NCBI RefSeq assembly: GCF_036365525.1
Contig: NC_090387.1
Location: 89,259,691-89,323,690, forward strand
Source: Heterodontus francisci
Lineage: Eukaryota
Direction of reading: 5' to 3'
DNA length: 64,000 nt
A program made the position numbers and the translations under genes. Shown piece after piece: positions 1 through 13,705 of this stretch. Position 1 is the stretch's first letter. The number at the start of each line of letters is the position of its first letter. Below the pieces are notes generated by a model. It was not told the origin of the DNA. It was given only the letters and a program-made list of their open reading frames with translations, and searched no databases.

Positions 1-252
1 ACACCATCACCTGCAAGTTCCACTCCAAGCCACACGCCATCCTGACTTGGAACTATATCTCCTTGCCCTCACTGTTGCTGTATCAAAATCCTGGAACTCC
101 CTTCCTAACAGCACTATGGGTGTACCTAACCCTCATAGACTGCAGCGGTTCAAGAAGGCAGCTCACTACCACCTTCTTAAGGGAAATTGGGGATGGGCAA
201 TAAATGCTGCCCGAGCCAGCGACGCCCACATCCCATGAATGAATAAAATAAA
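1..252 (+). mobile_element. 3' end of family-B LINE (CR1/L2-group APE-RT)
   Basis: Same 3' sequence (ccatcctgacttggaactatatc...gccagcgacgcccacatcccatgaatgaataaa) as the copies at 4400, 13310, 45190 and 46600. Confidence 0.85.
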
Positions 253-774
253 TGAGCCTATTCTCACTCTAATTGCGACTTCCCATCTTGTCCTCATATC
301 CTACTATACTCGCTCATGCATACATCACCCCTTCCTTTCAATTTATCATTGCTACCTGCTTCAGCCACTCTATGGGGCAGAGAGCCACATTTCTACCACC
401 ATCTGCATAGTAGAATTCCTTCTAAATTATACATTTGATCTGTTAGTGGCTGCCTTACAGTTGTGCTGCTGGGTCTGGACTCTTCCCCGATTCGAATCTA
501 TATTTTCACGTCCATCCTATTGGTCCACTGCATAACCAAAAAGACCGCTATTCATTCTAGTCTACTGTCTTTTCGGGGCAACGAGATCCAGTATGCATAT
601 AGAAGACTCTGACAAGTTCAACAAGGCACACCCGCTCCCATCCCTGAAGTGTTAGAGAAGAGGGTGCCTGAGCCTCAGAAAGTTCAAAAGATACATTGGG
701 AAGAGTAACGAGACACATACACCCCCATTTCTGAGGTGCGTTAGCCTCATAGTATTTGACCGGGAATGGAGCAG

Positions 775-1065
775 TATGAAACAAACCAGGATCAGATCAG
801 GGTGGAACAGACTGGGAGTATGTGAAGCAGATTGGGATTTTAGCAGTTTGAAGCAGGTCAGCATCACTGTGAGGCAGTTCGGTATCAGTGTGAAGCAGAC
901 CCGGATGGTTGCAGTGTGAAGCAGAAAGGGATGCATGTTATGTAGGTCAGGATCAGAGTGAAACAGGACGGGAGTAGTGTGAGGCAGGCTGTGAGTAGAA
1001 TGAAGCAGGTAGGCAGCAGCTGATTGGTTAGCAGCTGGTGAGTCTTGCCCAGCTGGTGAGTCTTT
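775..1065 (+). repeat. Degenerate short-period repeat (GTGTGAAGCAG-like units) upstream of an old CR1
   Basis: Recurrent agt(g/a)tga(a/g)(g/a)cag units, about ten copies. Confidence 0.6.
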
Positions 1066-2684
1066 CTTTTTTTACTTAGTAACTTTACTCGTCTGATAAA
1101 TAGACGCAAGGCAGCGCAGCTCAGACCGATGGCGAGCACATTTTGTCCATGCGGGAACTCCAGGACACTTCTCGTATCCTGGGCAATGACAGGTGCAGGA
1201 AATTACGCTAGTTGCAGCAGGTCAAGGTCCGGGTTTTAGAGCCTGACCAGCAACTGGCGTCATTATGATGCATCTGTATAGCTGAGCATTTTGTGGATAG
1301 CGCCTTTATGGACAGGGTTACCCTGAAGATAAGAGTAATAAGGCAGAGAGGGAAAGGTTAACCACCAGGCAGTAAAGTAGGACCAGACAGGCAGTGCAGG
1401 AGTGCATCTAACGCACTGAGCAGTATTCCATTCTGAATACTGGTGCCAGGGATTGTTGTTTTGGGGTGCACAGCCAGAGTGTCGAGAAACCGCTGGCTCA
1501 GCTATACAGGGGTGGGGGGTGGGGGCAGGAGGAAGATTGGAAAAAAATAGTGATAGGGTACGCAAGAGTTAGGAGAACAGACAGGCATTTCTGCGGCCAC
1601 AGACGTGCATTCAGAATGGTATGTTGCTTCCCTGGTGCCAGGATCAAAGATTTCATGGAGCAGCAGCAGGGTCCTGGGAGCGGGGATCATCATTCCTGGT
1701 CCATATGAATATGAATGAAAGAGGGATGAGGTTCTGCAGGGAGATTTGAAGGAGCTAAGAAAGAAACTAGCAAGCAGGACCTCAAAGGTAGTAATCCCTG
1801 GATTGCTCTTAGTACCATTCCGAAGTCTGTATAGCAATAGAAGGGTAGAGTAGATGAATGCATAGCTGGAGAGCTAGTGCAGGAGTGAGGACATTAGATT
1901 CTTGGGACATTGAGATCAGCTCTGGGGGAAAGGGACCTGCACAGGATGGAAGGCTTGCACATCAACAGAGACACAACCAATGTCCTTGTGAGGCGATCTG
2001 CTAGTGCTTTTGAGGAGGGTTTAAACTAACTTGGAAGGTGTGTGGGAACAAAGAGGTAAATGTAGAGAGGGTAAACCAACATGCACAAAGAATTGGGAGA
2101 GATAGATAACATTAGAGTAGGAAATAGTAAGGCATTAGATAGGGTCAGCGTAAGAGGGAACGGAATAAGAACTGAATTAGGTTTGCTGTGCATCTATATG
2201 AATGCAGGCTGTGTGGTAAATAAGGTTGGTGAGTTGCAGGTGCGGATAGAGACATGGAAGTATGATGTTTTGATGATAATGGAGACCTGGCTCAAAAAAG
2301 ACAGGACTGTACACTAAATATTCCTGGAAACAAAGTCTTACAGAAGAAATAGAGAAGAAACGAAAGACAGACGGGAGCTGTATTAGTCAAGGAGAACATT
2401 AAAGTGCTGGAGAGAGAGTATTTCCTCGAGTGGCCACGGACTGAATCTATTTGATTCCTGCTAAGAAACATTAGAGGTGCCTTTGCATTGCTGGGGGTAT
2501 TCTATAGGTTACCAACTAGTGGTAAGCATAGAGTAGAACAAATTAGCAAATAAATTACAGAGAGGTACAAGCATTATCGAGAAGTTATAATGGGGGACCT
2601 AGTTATCTTAATATAAACTGGGATGGCAGTAAAGGACAGAGAGTGACAAAAATTCCTGGAGTGTTTCAGGAGAATTAAATCAGT
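1066..2684 (+). mobile_element. Degenerate CR1 LINE 5' part (ORF1 esterase remnant and ORF2 APE endonuclease remnant)
   Basis: VIGYARVRRTDRHFCG..MVCCFPGARIKD (ORF1) and CIYMNAGCVVNKVGEL..IMETWL (APE), with many frameshifts. Confidence 0.85.
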
Positions 2685-4480
2685 ATCAGAAGAGTGCAGG
2701 AGGGCATGCCAGGAGCATCACCAGGCATACCTCAAAATAAGGTGTCAACCTGGTGAAGCTACAACACAGGACTATCTGCGTGCCAAACTGCGTAAGCAGC
2801 ATGCGATAGACAGAGATAAACGATCCCATAACCAACGGATCAGATCGAAGCTCTGCAGTCCTGCCACATCCAGCCGTGAATGGTGGTGGACAATTCAACA
2901 ACTAACTGGAGGAGGTGGCTGCACAAATATCCCCATCCTCAATGATGGGGGAGCCCAGCACATCAGTCTGAAAGATAAGGCTGAAGCATTTGCAACAATC
3001 TTCAGCCAGAAGTGCCGAGTTGATGTTCCATCTCGGCCTCCTCCTGAAGTCCCCAGCATCACAGGGGCCAGACTTCAGCCAATTCGATTCACTCTGCGTG
3101 ATATCAAGAAACGACTGAAGGCACTGGATACTGCAAAAGCTATGGGCCCTGACAATATTCCGACAATAGTACTGAAGACCTGTGCTCCAGATCTTTCTGC
3201 GTCCCGAGCCAAGCTGTTCCAGTAGAGCTACAACACTGGCATCTACCCTGCAATGTGGAAAATTGCCCAGGTATGTCCTGTACACAAAAAGCAGGACAAG
3301 TCCAACCCGGCCAATTACTGACCCATCAGCCTACTCTCAATCATCAGTAAAGTGATGGAAGGTGTCATCAACAGTGCCATCAAGTGGCACTTGCTTAGCA
3401 ATAACCTGCTCAGTGACGCTCAGTTTGGGTTCCGCCAGGGACACACAGCTCCTGAACTCATTACTGCCTTGGTTCAAACATGGACAAAAGAGCTGAACTC
3501 AAGAGGTGAGGTGAGTGTAACTGCCCTTGACATCAAGGCAGCATTTGACCGAGTATGGCATCAAGGAGCCCTAGCAACACTGTGGTCAATGGGAATCGGG
3601 GGAAAACCCTCCACTGGCTGGAGTCATACCTAGCGCAAAGGAAGATAGTTGTGGATGTTGGAGGTCAATCATCTGAGCTCCAGGACATCACTGCAGGAGT
3701 TCCTCAGGGTAATGTCCTCGGCCCAACCATCTTCAGCTGATTTATCAATGTCCTACCTTCAATCATAAGGTCAGAAGTGGGGATGTTCGCTGATGATTGC
3801 ATAATGTTCAGCACCATTCGTGACTCCTCAGATACTGAAGCAGTCCATGTAGAAATGCAGCAACACCTAGACAATATCCAGGCTTGGGCTGATAAGTGGC
3901 AAGTAACATTCGCGCCATAGAAGTGCCAGGCAATGACCATCTCCAACAAGAGAGAATCTAACCATCTCCCCTTATAGTCAACGGCATTACCATTGCTGAA
4001 TCCCCCACTATCAACATCCTAGGGGCCACCATTGACCAGAAACTGAACTGGAATAGCCACATAAATACCATGGCTACAAGAGCAGGTCAGAGCCTGGGAA
4101 TCCTGAGGCGAGTAATTCACCTCCTGACTCCCCAAATCCTGTCCACCATCTACAAGGGACAAGTCAGTAGTGTGATGGAATACTCTACGCTCAAGAAGCT
4201 CCACACCATCCAGGACAAAGCAGCCCGCTTGATTGGTTCCGCATCTACAAACATCCACTCTCTCCACCACCGACGCACAGTGGCAGCAGTGTGTACCATC
4301 TACAAGATGCACTGCAGCAATGCACCAAGGCTTCCTGGACAGCACCTTCCAAACCCGTGACCTCTATCAACTAGAAGGACAAGGGTAGCAAATGAATGGG
4401 AACACCACCACCTGCATGTTCCCCTCCAAGTCACACACCATCCTGACTTGGAACTATATCACCGTTCCTTCACTGTCGCT
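2685..4480 (+). mobile_element. Family-B LINE RT region, inserted in CR1
   Basis: QFGFRQG..ALDIKAAFDRVWH, GVPQG..LGP, FADD-like motif and TIYKxQVxSVMEY. Confidence 0.9.
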
Positions 4481-5775
4481 GAATTTTGTGACCTTAGGGT
4501 AACATTTATTGGACACTGGCCATAGCATCATAATATTTAGATTAGTTATGGAAAATGACAAATAGCAATCCAGAGTACAGGCAATTATTGGGGCAGAGCC
4601 ACATACAATGGAGTGAGAACGGATCTGGCCCAGGTTAATTGTAATTAAAGATTTGACGGCAAATCGCCTGCTTTTAAACAGGAGATAACTCGTGTACAAA
4701 CTATCTACATTACACGAGGGAGAACGGTAGGGAAAACAGATCCAGTGATCTCAGGATGATGAAACAGATAGTGAGTAAGATGAAGCAGAGAGAAGACAGA
4801 AATCAGGTCGATAACACAATGAGAATAAGGCTTAATGTAAAAGCAACTGCAAGCCACTCAGTTTAACCTCGGTGGTGGGTAAGTTTTAGAAATTATAACT
4901 TGGGACAAAATTAATAGTCACTCGGACAAATATGGATTTATTAAGAAAATCCAACAAAGATTTGTCAAGCGAATATTTTGCTTAACTTGTTAGAGTTTTT
5001 TTTTGATGTGGTAGCATGCATGTTTGATGATGGTAATGTGGTTGATGTGATATATATGGAGTTCCATACAAAATGATAAAGTGCCACATAACAGGCTTGT
5101 CAGCAACATTACAGCCCGTGGATTAAGTGGCAACATAGCAGCATGGATGTAAAATTGTCCGAGTGACAGGAAATAGAGAATAGTTTTGAATGGTTGTTTT
5201 TTTCAGAGTGGTGGAAGGTAAATACTGGGGTTCCCCAGTGGTCGGTGTTGGGACCCCTGCTTTTCTTGATATATATTAATGACCTAGACCTTGGGTGTAC
5301 AGGACACATTTCAAAATTTACGGATGACAAAAAGCACGGAAGTACTGTGAACTGTGAGGAGGATAGTGATAGACTTTAAGTGAATATAGACAGGCTGCTG
5401 GAATGGTTGGAGATATGGCAGATAACATTTAATGCAGAAAAAAATACGTGAAACGATCCATTTTGGTAGGAGGAACGAGGAGAGGCGACATGAATTAAAG
5501 GGTACAATTCTAAATGGAGTGGCGGAGCAGAGGACCTTGGTGTATATGTGAGCACATCATTGAAAGTTGCAAAGCAGTTAATAAATGGTAGAGGCAGATT
5601 CAATTAATGCCATCAAAGGAGAGCTGGATAATTATCTGAAGAAAATAGATTCGCAGGGCCACAGGTGAAAGGCAGGGGAGTGGAACTAGAGGAGTTGCTC
5701 CTGCAGAGAGCTGGCACGGGCACGAAGGGCCGAAAAGCCTCTCTCTGTGCTGTAACCATTCTATGAGTCCATGAC
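4481..5775 (+). mobile_element. Degenerate CR1 RT/3' fragments
   Basis: [27 protein letters not shown] and a CR1-type tail (ctgtgctgtaaccattctatg). Confidence 0.8.
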
Positions 5776-5919
5776 TCTCTGATTTATTATGGCTCCCTCA
5801 ATTCTTGCAAGATCTTGTAAATCTTTTCTGCATGTTCTGAAATGTTTTTTTTTACACTTTTCGAAAGATGGTTATCAGAAAATAATGCAATAATCTAATG
5901 TGGTCTCATCGAATTTCTA

Positions 5920-6545
5920 TGTAATAGAGTACAAAAACAAATAATTTAAGATAAGCCTGTATAAAACACAGGTTCTGCCTCTACTGGAGTATTGTGTCCA
6001 CATCTGGGCAGCAAACATTCATAACGATGTGAAGACATTGCAGAGATTGCAGAAAAGAATCACGAGATGGTTTCCAAAATACGGAATTTCAATTATGTGG
6101 GTATTTAGGAGAAGCTGGATCCATTCTCCTTGGAGAACAGGAGATTAACAGGAGACACGATAGACGCGTTCAAAATCATGAGGGGTCCAGGCAGAGCAGA
6201 TAGAGAGAAATTGTTCCCTTTGGCCAAAGGATCCAAAACCAGAGGACACAAATTTAAGGTGATTAGCAAAAGAAGAACATGTGCATGGGGGGGGGGAAAA
6301 ATCTGCGCAATGAGTTGTCATGATCTGGAATGCATCGCCTGAAAGTGTGGTGGAGGCAGATTCAATCAAGTCCTTCAAAAGAGAAGAGGATAATTATCTG
6401 AAGAGAATATATTTGCAGGGCTACAGGAAAAGGCATAGGAGTGGGGCCAGATGAGTTGCTCTAGCAGAGAGCTGGCACGGACACGAAGGGCCAAATGGCC
6501 TGCTTCTGTGCTGTATCCATTCTATGAATCTATGACTATGATTCT
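5920..6545 (+). mobile_element. CR1 3' fragment
   Basis: LEYCV.., KTRGHKFKVI and a ttctatga tail. Confidence 0.8.
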
Positions 6546-7439
6546 ACTTGGATCCCCTCAATTCTGGAAAGATCTTGTAAATCTTTTCTGCAGTTTATGA
6601 AATGTTTCTTTACACTTTTTGAAAGGTGGTCAGCAGAAGATCGTGTAATACTCTAATGTGGTCCAATCAACTTGCTATATAACTCCAATATTACCTTCCT
6701 GCCTTTGCATTATAGTCATCTAAAAATGAACTCCATTATTTCCGTTTGCATTCTTTATGACCTTCCGACTTCGTATTGCTGTTTTGAACAATTCTCTGGG
6801 AATTCTGTGGATCATTCACCGAAGCTATGATGAGCAATGGGGAAATATTCGCTGGAAATTTATATCTGGTTTCATTGTAAGTCTGACTTCCAATTCCCTG
6901 ATGCCTAAATCCATTATTGTATGCAGTGTTCTTTGTGACAGAGTGGTAGTATCACAGATCCTCAAACGTGAACTGAAAGAAACGACTGTGGATGCTGTAA
7001 ATCTGAAATGAGAACAGAAAATACTGCAAATACTCTGCTAGTCTTGCAGTATCCATAGAGGGATGTTCAGTTTTTCCACAACATCCAAATTACTTCCGGT
7101 TCTTCCTTGAATAGAGGGCAAAACAATTCCCGTGCACCACCACCGTCCTCACCTGGCTAAACTTCTTACAGAGAACAACTTGTCTATTCACTCCACTTGC
7201 TTCCTCCAAATAAAATGTCTTTATTACTTTGGAAAGCTGCATGTGTCCTAGCTTTGTCTGCTTTTTCACGCGATAAGTGGAGCATTCAACGATGCAGTCG
7301 GACATATGTTCCTTCCTTTATCGCTTTTTTACATGCATTGATGACTATATCAGGTCCACATCGTGCTGTCGTCCTCTCAGGAGAAAATGTTAACAACTTT
7401 GTTTCCAATTTCCTCCCCTCCCTATCCTTCAATAGCCCC

Positions 7440-8092
7440 TCTCTGATTCTTCCATTTCCTCACTTGAATTCTCTGTCTCACGTACTGGGGATAGGCTGTA
7501 GATCATTATTTATTTGAAACCCATTAACTCCTACAAGGCTGATCATTACACTCACCCAGCAATACTTTTCCTGTAAGGATCCCATTCCATTCTCCCAGTT
7601 CCTCCGTCACTGTCACATTCGTTCTGCTGAGGTCTTCTTCGATATCACTGCTTCTGATATTTCATCCGTATTCCTCAACAGAGGATTCATCTCCAGTATG
7701 TTTGACAGAGCCCTCGACTATATCAATGCTATTTCCGGCAATTCTGCTTTCACTCCCTCCATGCACTCACAGAGCAACAATATGGTGCCCTTTTCCCTCA
7801 TCGTTCATCCCAACAAGCAACCATATTGAACAGATCATTCTTCAAAATGTCCAACACGTTGAACCCAATGCCACCACCAAACCCTTCATCACCTCACCTG
7901 CATTCGGAAGGAATCGTCCAATCCACATCATCCTGGTCAAATCTTCTATCATCCCGAGAAACCTTTCCTCCTCCTTCGACCTTCCTGTGCAAGCAAACGT
8001 TATGAAACATCTGTTCTCTTACATTTCAGCTTCCCACCATCCAAAGCTCCAAACACTCCTTCCAGGTGAAACAGCAATTCACTTGTATCACA
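7440..8092 (+). mobile_element. Penelope-like element fragment (RT C-terminal/linker region)
   Basis: Homologous by eye to 26750-27420 (ccattccattctcccagttcctccg; caaacactccttccaggtgaaacagc). Confidence 0.7.
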
Positions 8093-9370
8093 ACTTCACA
8101 GAATTGTTACAGCTCAGGAGTAGGCCATTCGACACATTGTGTCTGCACCAGTTCTCTGAGTGAGCAATTTACTTTGTGCGATTCCCCCACCTTCTCCCCA
8201 TTACCCTGTACATGCTTCCTTTTCAGGTAACTAATTCCCTTTTTAATGCCCCGATTAAACTTACCTTCACCACACTCTCTGGCAGTGCATTTCAGATCCT
8301 AACCACTTGCTGCATAAAAAGAAAATACATTTTCCTCTTGTCATCATTACTCCTTTTGTCAACTGGAAACAGTTTTGCTTTATCTACTCTGTCCAGTCCC
8401 CTCATGATTTTAAATACCTCTATCAAATATCCTCTCTGCCTTCCCTTCTACAGGGAAATGTTCCAACTTCTCCAATCTCGCTTCGTGAATGAAGTTCCTT
8501 ATCCCTGGAACCATTCTCGTGATTTTTTTCTGTACTCTCTCCAATGCCTTCACATCTTTACTTAAATTCAGCGCCCATAACAGGACGCCATAGTCCAGCT
8601 GAGGCCGAACTAGTGTCTCAAACGCCAACGTAACCTCCTTCTTCTTGTAATCTATGCAACTGTGAGAAAAGCTTTGGATACTGCATCCTATATGGACTGC
8701 TCTCCCGACCTGTCTTGCCACCTTCAATGACTTATACACTTACACACTTAGATCCCTCTGTTCCTGAAACCCCTTTAGACCTGTATACTTTATTTCATAT
8801 TGTCTCTCCACTTTCTTCCTACCAAAATTAATCACTTCACATTTCTCGGCATTGAACTTCATTTGTATGCCCATTTCACCAGCTTGTCCATGTCCTTTTG
8901 AGGATCTATACTGTCCTCCACACAGTTCACAATGCTTACAAGTTTTATATCATCTGCAAATTTTGAAATGTTTCCCCGTACACCAAAGTCTAAGTCACTA
9001 ATATATATCAGGAAGAGCAAGGGCCCCAACACTCAGCACTGGGGTACTCCACTACTAACTTTCCTCCAACACCCAAAAATCAAGTAACCTCCACTCTGTT
9101 TTCTGCCACTCAGCTAATTTCGCATCCATGTTGCTACTGTCCCTTTTATTCCGTGAGTTACAACGTTGCTCACAAGTCTGCTGTGTGGCACTTTATCAAA
9201 TGCATTTTTCAAGTCTGTGTACACCACATCAACAGCATTGCCCTCATCAACCTTGTCAGTTACCCCTTCAAAAAAACTCCAGCAAGTTAGTTAAACACGA
9301 TTTTCCCTGCACAAATCCGTGCTGGCTTTTCCTAATTAACCAGCATTTATCCATATTTATATTTACATTT
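8093..9370 (-). mobile_element. CR1 3' portion
   Basis: ORF 8410..8739(-) has TLVRPQLDYGVLLW..KDVKALERVQKKITRMVPG. Confidence 0.85.
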
Positions 9371-9394
9371 ATATTTGTACATATGTAACCTATT

Positions 9395-12300
9395 TTTCTA
9401 GTTGTTCATGGGAGGTAATTGTCCTTGCAAAGGTGATTCTGAACCGCCTTCTTGAGCCACTGCAGTCTGTGTGGTATATGTTCATGAAAAATGCTATTAA
9501 GGAGGAAGTTGCCTTGTGATCTAACTGCAATGAAGAAATGACGTTACATTTCCAAATCAGGATTGAGTGTGCATTGGAAGGGAACTTGCAGTTGTTGGCA
9601 TTCCCATGCTTCTACTGTCCTTGTTCATCTGGTCGTTAGAGGTGACAGTTTGGAAAGTGTTGTCAAAGGATCCTTGGCGAGCTACTTTAAATGGTAGTGT
9701 GCAGCCATGGTGCGGGAATGGTAGAAGATGTAAATGTTTATGGTGGTGAATGTGGTGTTAATCAACCCGGCCGTTTATTTAGTGTTTTTTTTAGTTTAGA
9801 GATACAGCACTGAAACAGGCCCTCCGGCCCACCGAGTCTGTGCCGACCATAAACCACCCATTTATACTAATCCTACACTAATCCCATATTCCTACCACAT
9901 CCCCACCACCTAACTATACTAGGGGCAATTTATAATGGCCAATTTACCTACCAACCTGCAAGTCTTTTGGCTTGTGGGAGGAAACCTGAGCACCCGGAGG
10001 AAACCCATGCAGGCACAGGGAGAACTTGCAAACTCCACACAGGCAGTACCCAGAACTGAACCCAGGTCGCTGGAGCTGTGAGGCTGTGGTGCTAACCACT
10101 GCGCCGCTAACCACTGCGCCACTGATGTAGTTGTACTCACCTATGCATGTTGGGAGTATTTTATCATATTCATGACTTCTGCCTTGTCGATGATGGAACG
10201 TATTTGAGGAGTCAGAAGGAGAGTTAGCCACCTGCAGAATGCGAGACTCTGACCTGATCTTGTAGCCGCAATATTTATGCGGCTGGTTGAGGTAACTTTA
10301 TGGTCAATCAGGATGTTGATCGTGAGGGATTCAACGATGATATTGCTGATGAATGCTAAGGAGTGGTGGTTAGATTTTCTCTTCTTGGACCTGGGCATTG
10401 CCTGACACTTCTGGAGTGGAATTGTTACTTGCCACTTCTCAGCCCAACCCTGAATGTTCCCAGAGCTTTCTGCTTGCGGGTGTGGAGTGCTTCCTCATCT
10501 GATGTGTCATAAATGGTACTGAATATTGCACAAACATTAGGAAATATCCTCACTTCTGAACTTTTGATGGAAGGAAGGTCATTGATGTAGCAGCTGTAGA
10601 TTATTTTGTTCCCAGGACACTGCCCTGAGCAGCTCCTGCGCTGGTGTCCTGGGGTTGGCCTCCAACAACTACACCCATCTTCCTTTGTTCGAGGTATCAC
10701 TCCAGCAGTGACATTTTCCCTTTGATTTATATGGACTTAAGATTTCGAGGGCTCCTGGATGTCAAAATCTGTCAAGTGATGTCTTGATGTCAAGGGCAGT
10801 CACTCTTACCTCGCCTCTGGAACTGAGCTTCAATTTTGTCCGTTTTTAAACCAGCGCTGTAACGAGGTCTGCAGACAAGTGGCCCTGGCTAAACTCAAAC
10901 TGAGTATTAATTAGCAGGTTGTCTGTGAGCTGCTTGACAGCACTGTCGATGAAACTTTCCATCACTTTGCAGATGAGTGACAGGGGATTGATGGGGTTGT
11001 AATTGGCCAGGTTGGATTTGTCCTGATGTTTTAAGTTGCGCATACCTGGACAATTTTTCGCGTTGTCTGGTAAATGCGGTGTTACATCAGTCCTGGATAG
11101 CTTGGCTCAAGGCACGCCTTCATCTGAAACACAATGTTCTGGATGACAGATGGGGGTGGCGGGGGGGGGGGGGGCGGGGGGTGGCGAGATATTTCGGGGC
11201 CAATAGCCTTCTTTGCAACCAGTGTTTCCTGGAGTCATATGCAGTGAAATGAATTGACTTAAAATTGGCAACTATGATGCTGGCGACGTTAGGAGGAGCC
11301 TAAGGTGAATCATCCGCTCGGCACATCGGGCTGAAAATAATTCTAAAACATTTCAACCTCGTCTTTTTGCACTCACGTGGTGCCCGTGCCACCATTGAGT
11401 ACAAGGGTATTGGTTGAGCCTCCCGCTTCAGTTATTTGTTGAAGTGTCTAATGTCAAACATGACTTGATGTGGCAGGATGGCAGAGCTTTGATCTGATCC
11501 ATTGACTGTTGGGTCGATTAGCTCTGTCCAAAGCATGCTGCATGCATTTATGGTAATCATGTCGTCTAATGTCACAGTTTCAGCAGCTTGGTATCTCATT
11601 TTAGGTATGCATGGTGCTGCTTTTGGCGTGTCCTCCATCACTGCTCACTGAAGCAGGGTTGATTCCCTGGCTTGATGGTAATGGTAGACTGAGGGGTATG
11701 CGGGCCATGTGGCTAGTTATTGTGGTGGAATAAAATTCTGCTGTTTCTGACAGGTCACAGCGCCTCATGAATCCCTAGTTTTGTGCTCCTACAAAGAATC
11801 TATTCTGTTTAGCACTGCAGTAGTACCAAACAACAAAATGGAGTGAGTCCTCCGTTTGAAGGTGGGTCTTTGACTGTACGGGAGCTGTTTTGTTCCTCCA
11901 GAGCATGAATTCAGATAGGGTTTTCTCTTATGTGGTTTCTCTCATCACCTGCTGGAGGCCCATTCTGGTAGCTATATCTTTAAAGTCATGGCCAACGGGG
12001 TGCGACAAGGCGATTCTTGATGGCAGATACTGAAGTCCCTCACCCAGAGAAAATGCTGTGCCCTTGCTACCCTCATTACTTCTTCCTGCGATGTTCAACA
12101 TGGAGCAGTACTAGTCAACTGAGGACGAGTATTGTGTGGTAATAAGCAGGATATTCCCTTGCCCTTGTTTGACCTGATGTCACAAGACTTTATGCATTGC
12201 AGAATCAATGTTGAGGACTCTCAGAGTCACATTTTATCGCCTCTGCCACCACATCTGGTGCATTTGAGCTGCCGGTAGGACATTCTCAGGAATGGTGATT

Positions 12301-12800
12301 GGCCATAAGGTATGGTTATGGAGTATGACTGTCAGGTTGTTGTTTCACTAGTCCTTAGGACACCTCTAACAATTTTGGCTCAATTCCCATCATGATAATG
12401 AGGAGGACTTTGCAGGGTTCACTGGGCTGGGTTTACCTTTGTTGCGTCTACCTTCTTGTTCAATGCTGAATGGTCCGTCTGGTTCTCTCATTATAGGGCA
12501 TTTTTAGCACTGCAATGCAACTACATAGCTTGCATGGCCATTCCAGAAGGCAGTTAAGAGTCAACCACATTGCAGCAGATCTGGAGTCACAGGTAAGCCA
12601 GACTGCCTAAGGATGGTAAACGGTCTTCCTTGAAAGGCATGAGTGAACCAGATGGTTTTTTGACAATTTGTGAGTTTCAGGGTCTACATCTGGTAATTTA
12701 ATTAGGAACTTTGAATTCCTCAGCTGCTTGGTAATATTTGACCTCGTGTCTCCGGGTCATTCGCTCAGGCATTTGGATTACTAATCCTGTGGCATAAGCT
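9395..12800 (-). mobile_element. Old near-full-length family-B LINE (tRNA-like head at about 12700-12800), interrupted by a SINE
   Basis: Minus-strand remnants DKSNLANYNPINPLSLICKVMES and YSCYINDLPS. Collinear with the copy at 18830-21930. Confidence 0.8.
9775..10124 (-). mobile_element. tRNA-derived V-SINE (HE1-like) with CR1-derived 3' tail
   Basis: A-box ggcgcagtggttagc, B-box-like gggttcagttc, V-domain tgtgtggagtttgcaagttctccctgtg..gggtttcctccgggtgctc, and tail gggcctgtttcagtgctgtatctcta. Confidence 0.85.
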
Positions 12801-12824
12801 TTATGCTTGTCTACGATACTCTAT

Positions 12825-13300
12825 TTTGTTTTTTGGAGACTGAACATAGATTGTGTGAACACCTCCATTCAATCCGCAAGTGCGACCCAGTGATTCTGGT
12901 TACTTGTCATTTTAATTCTCCGTCCCACGCCCACTCCCACCCCAACTCATATTCCAATTACCACTCTAACCTCCCTGTTCACGACCTTCTACACTGCTCC
13001 AGTGAAGTGAAGGCTCATTACCTTTTGTCGCTTATCTATTTACCAGCATTTTAGACACAATATTGAGTTTATTAATTTCAGATCATAAGTGCTGCTTCGC
13101 TTTTTTTTTTGCAGACAGCAGCTGCTGGTAATGATTCTACTGTTAACAGTTAACGTTACTTTTCTTGTCCTGTCGCCACCTCCATTTTTTCCTTGCACCC
13201 TTTTGTCGTTTGATCACTCCGGCCTTCCACCCTATCAAAATCCTTCCCTTTTGTTACTTCCTCCCATCCCCTTTCTCTGCCTCCGTATTTTCTTAACACC
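12825..13300 (+). mobile_element. Penelope-like fragment (GIY-YIG C-terminus and 3' region)
   Basis: ETEHRLCEHLHSIRKCDP..HFN. Collinear with 27470-27960. Confidence 0.65.
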
Positions 13301-13304
13301 TTTC

Positions 13305-13705
13305 TTATTTATTTATTCGTTTTGGGGATGCTGGCATCGCTGGCTATGCCAGCATTTATTGTCCATCCCTAATTGCCTTTAAGAAGGTGGTGGTGAACTG
13401 CATTCTTGAACCGCTGTAGTCCTTGGGGTGTAGGTACACGAACAGTGTTGTAGGAAGGGAGTTCCAGGATTTTGACCTAAGGAGAGTGAAATAAGGGCAA
13501 CATAGTTCCAATCCGGAAGCATATGAGGCTTGTTGGGGAACATGCAGGTGGCAGTGTCCCCATGTGTTTGCTTCTCTTGTCCTTCTAGGTGGTAGAGATC
13601 GCGGGTTTGGAAGGTGTTGTTGAAGGAGCCTTGGTGAGTTGTGTAGCCACAACATTTATGTGGCTGGTGCAGTTCAGTTTCTGGTCAATGATGACCCCCC
13701 AGAAT
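13305..13705 (-). mobile_element. Family-B LINE 3' fragment
   Basis: Reverse complement of the family-B tail seen at 1-252. Confidence 0.8.

Noticed and set aside
11150-11185. G-rich tracts as functional G-quadruplexes (also 38245-38284)
   Set aside because: These are simple homopolymer expansions, one inside a decayed LINE, with no evidence of function and error-prone lengths.
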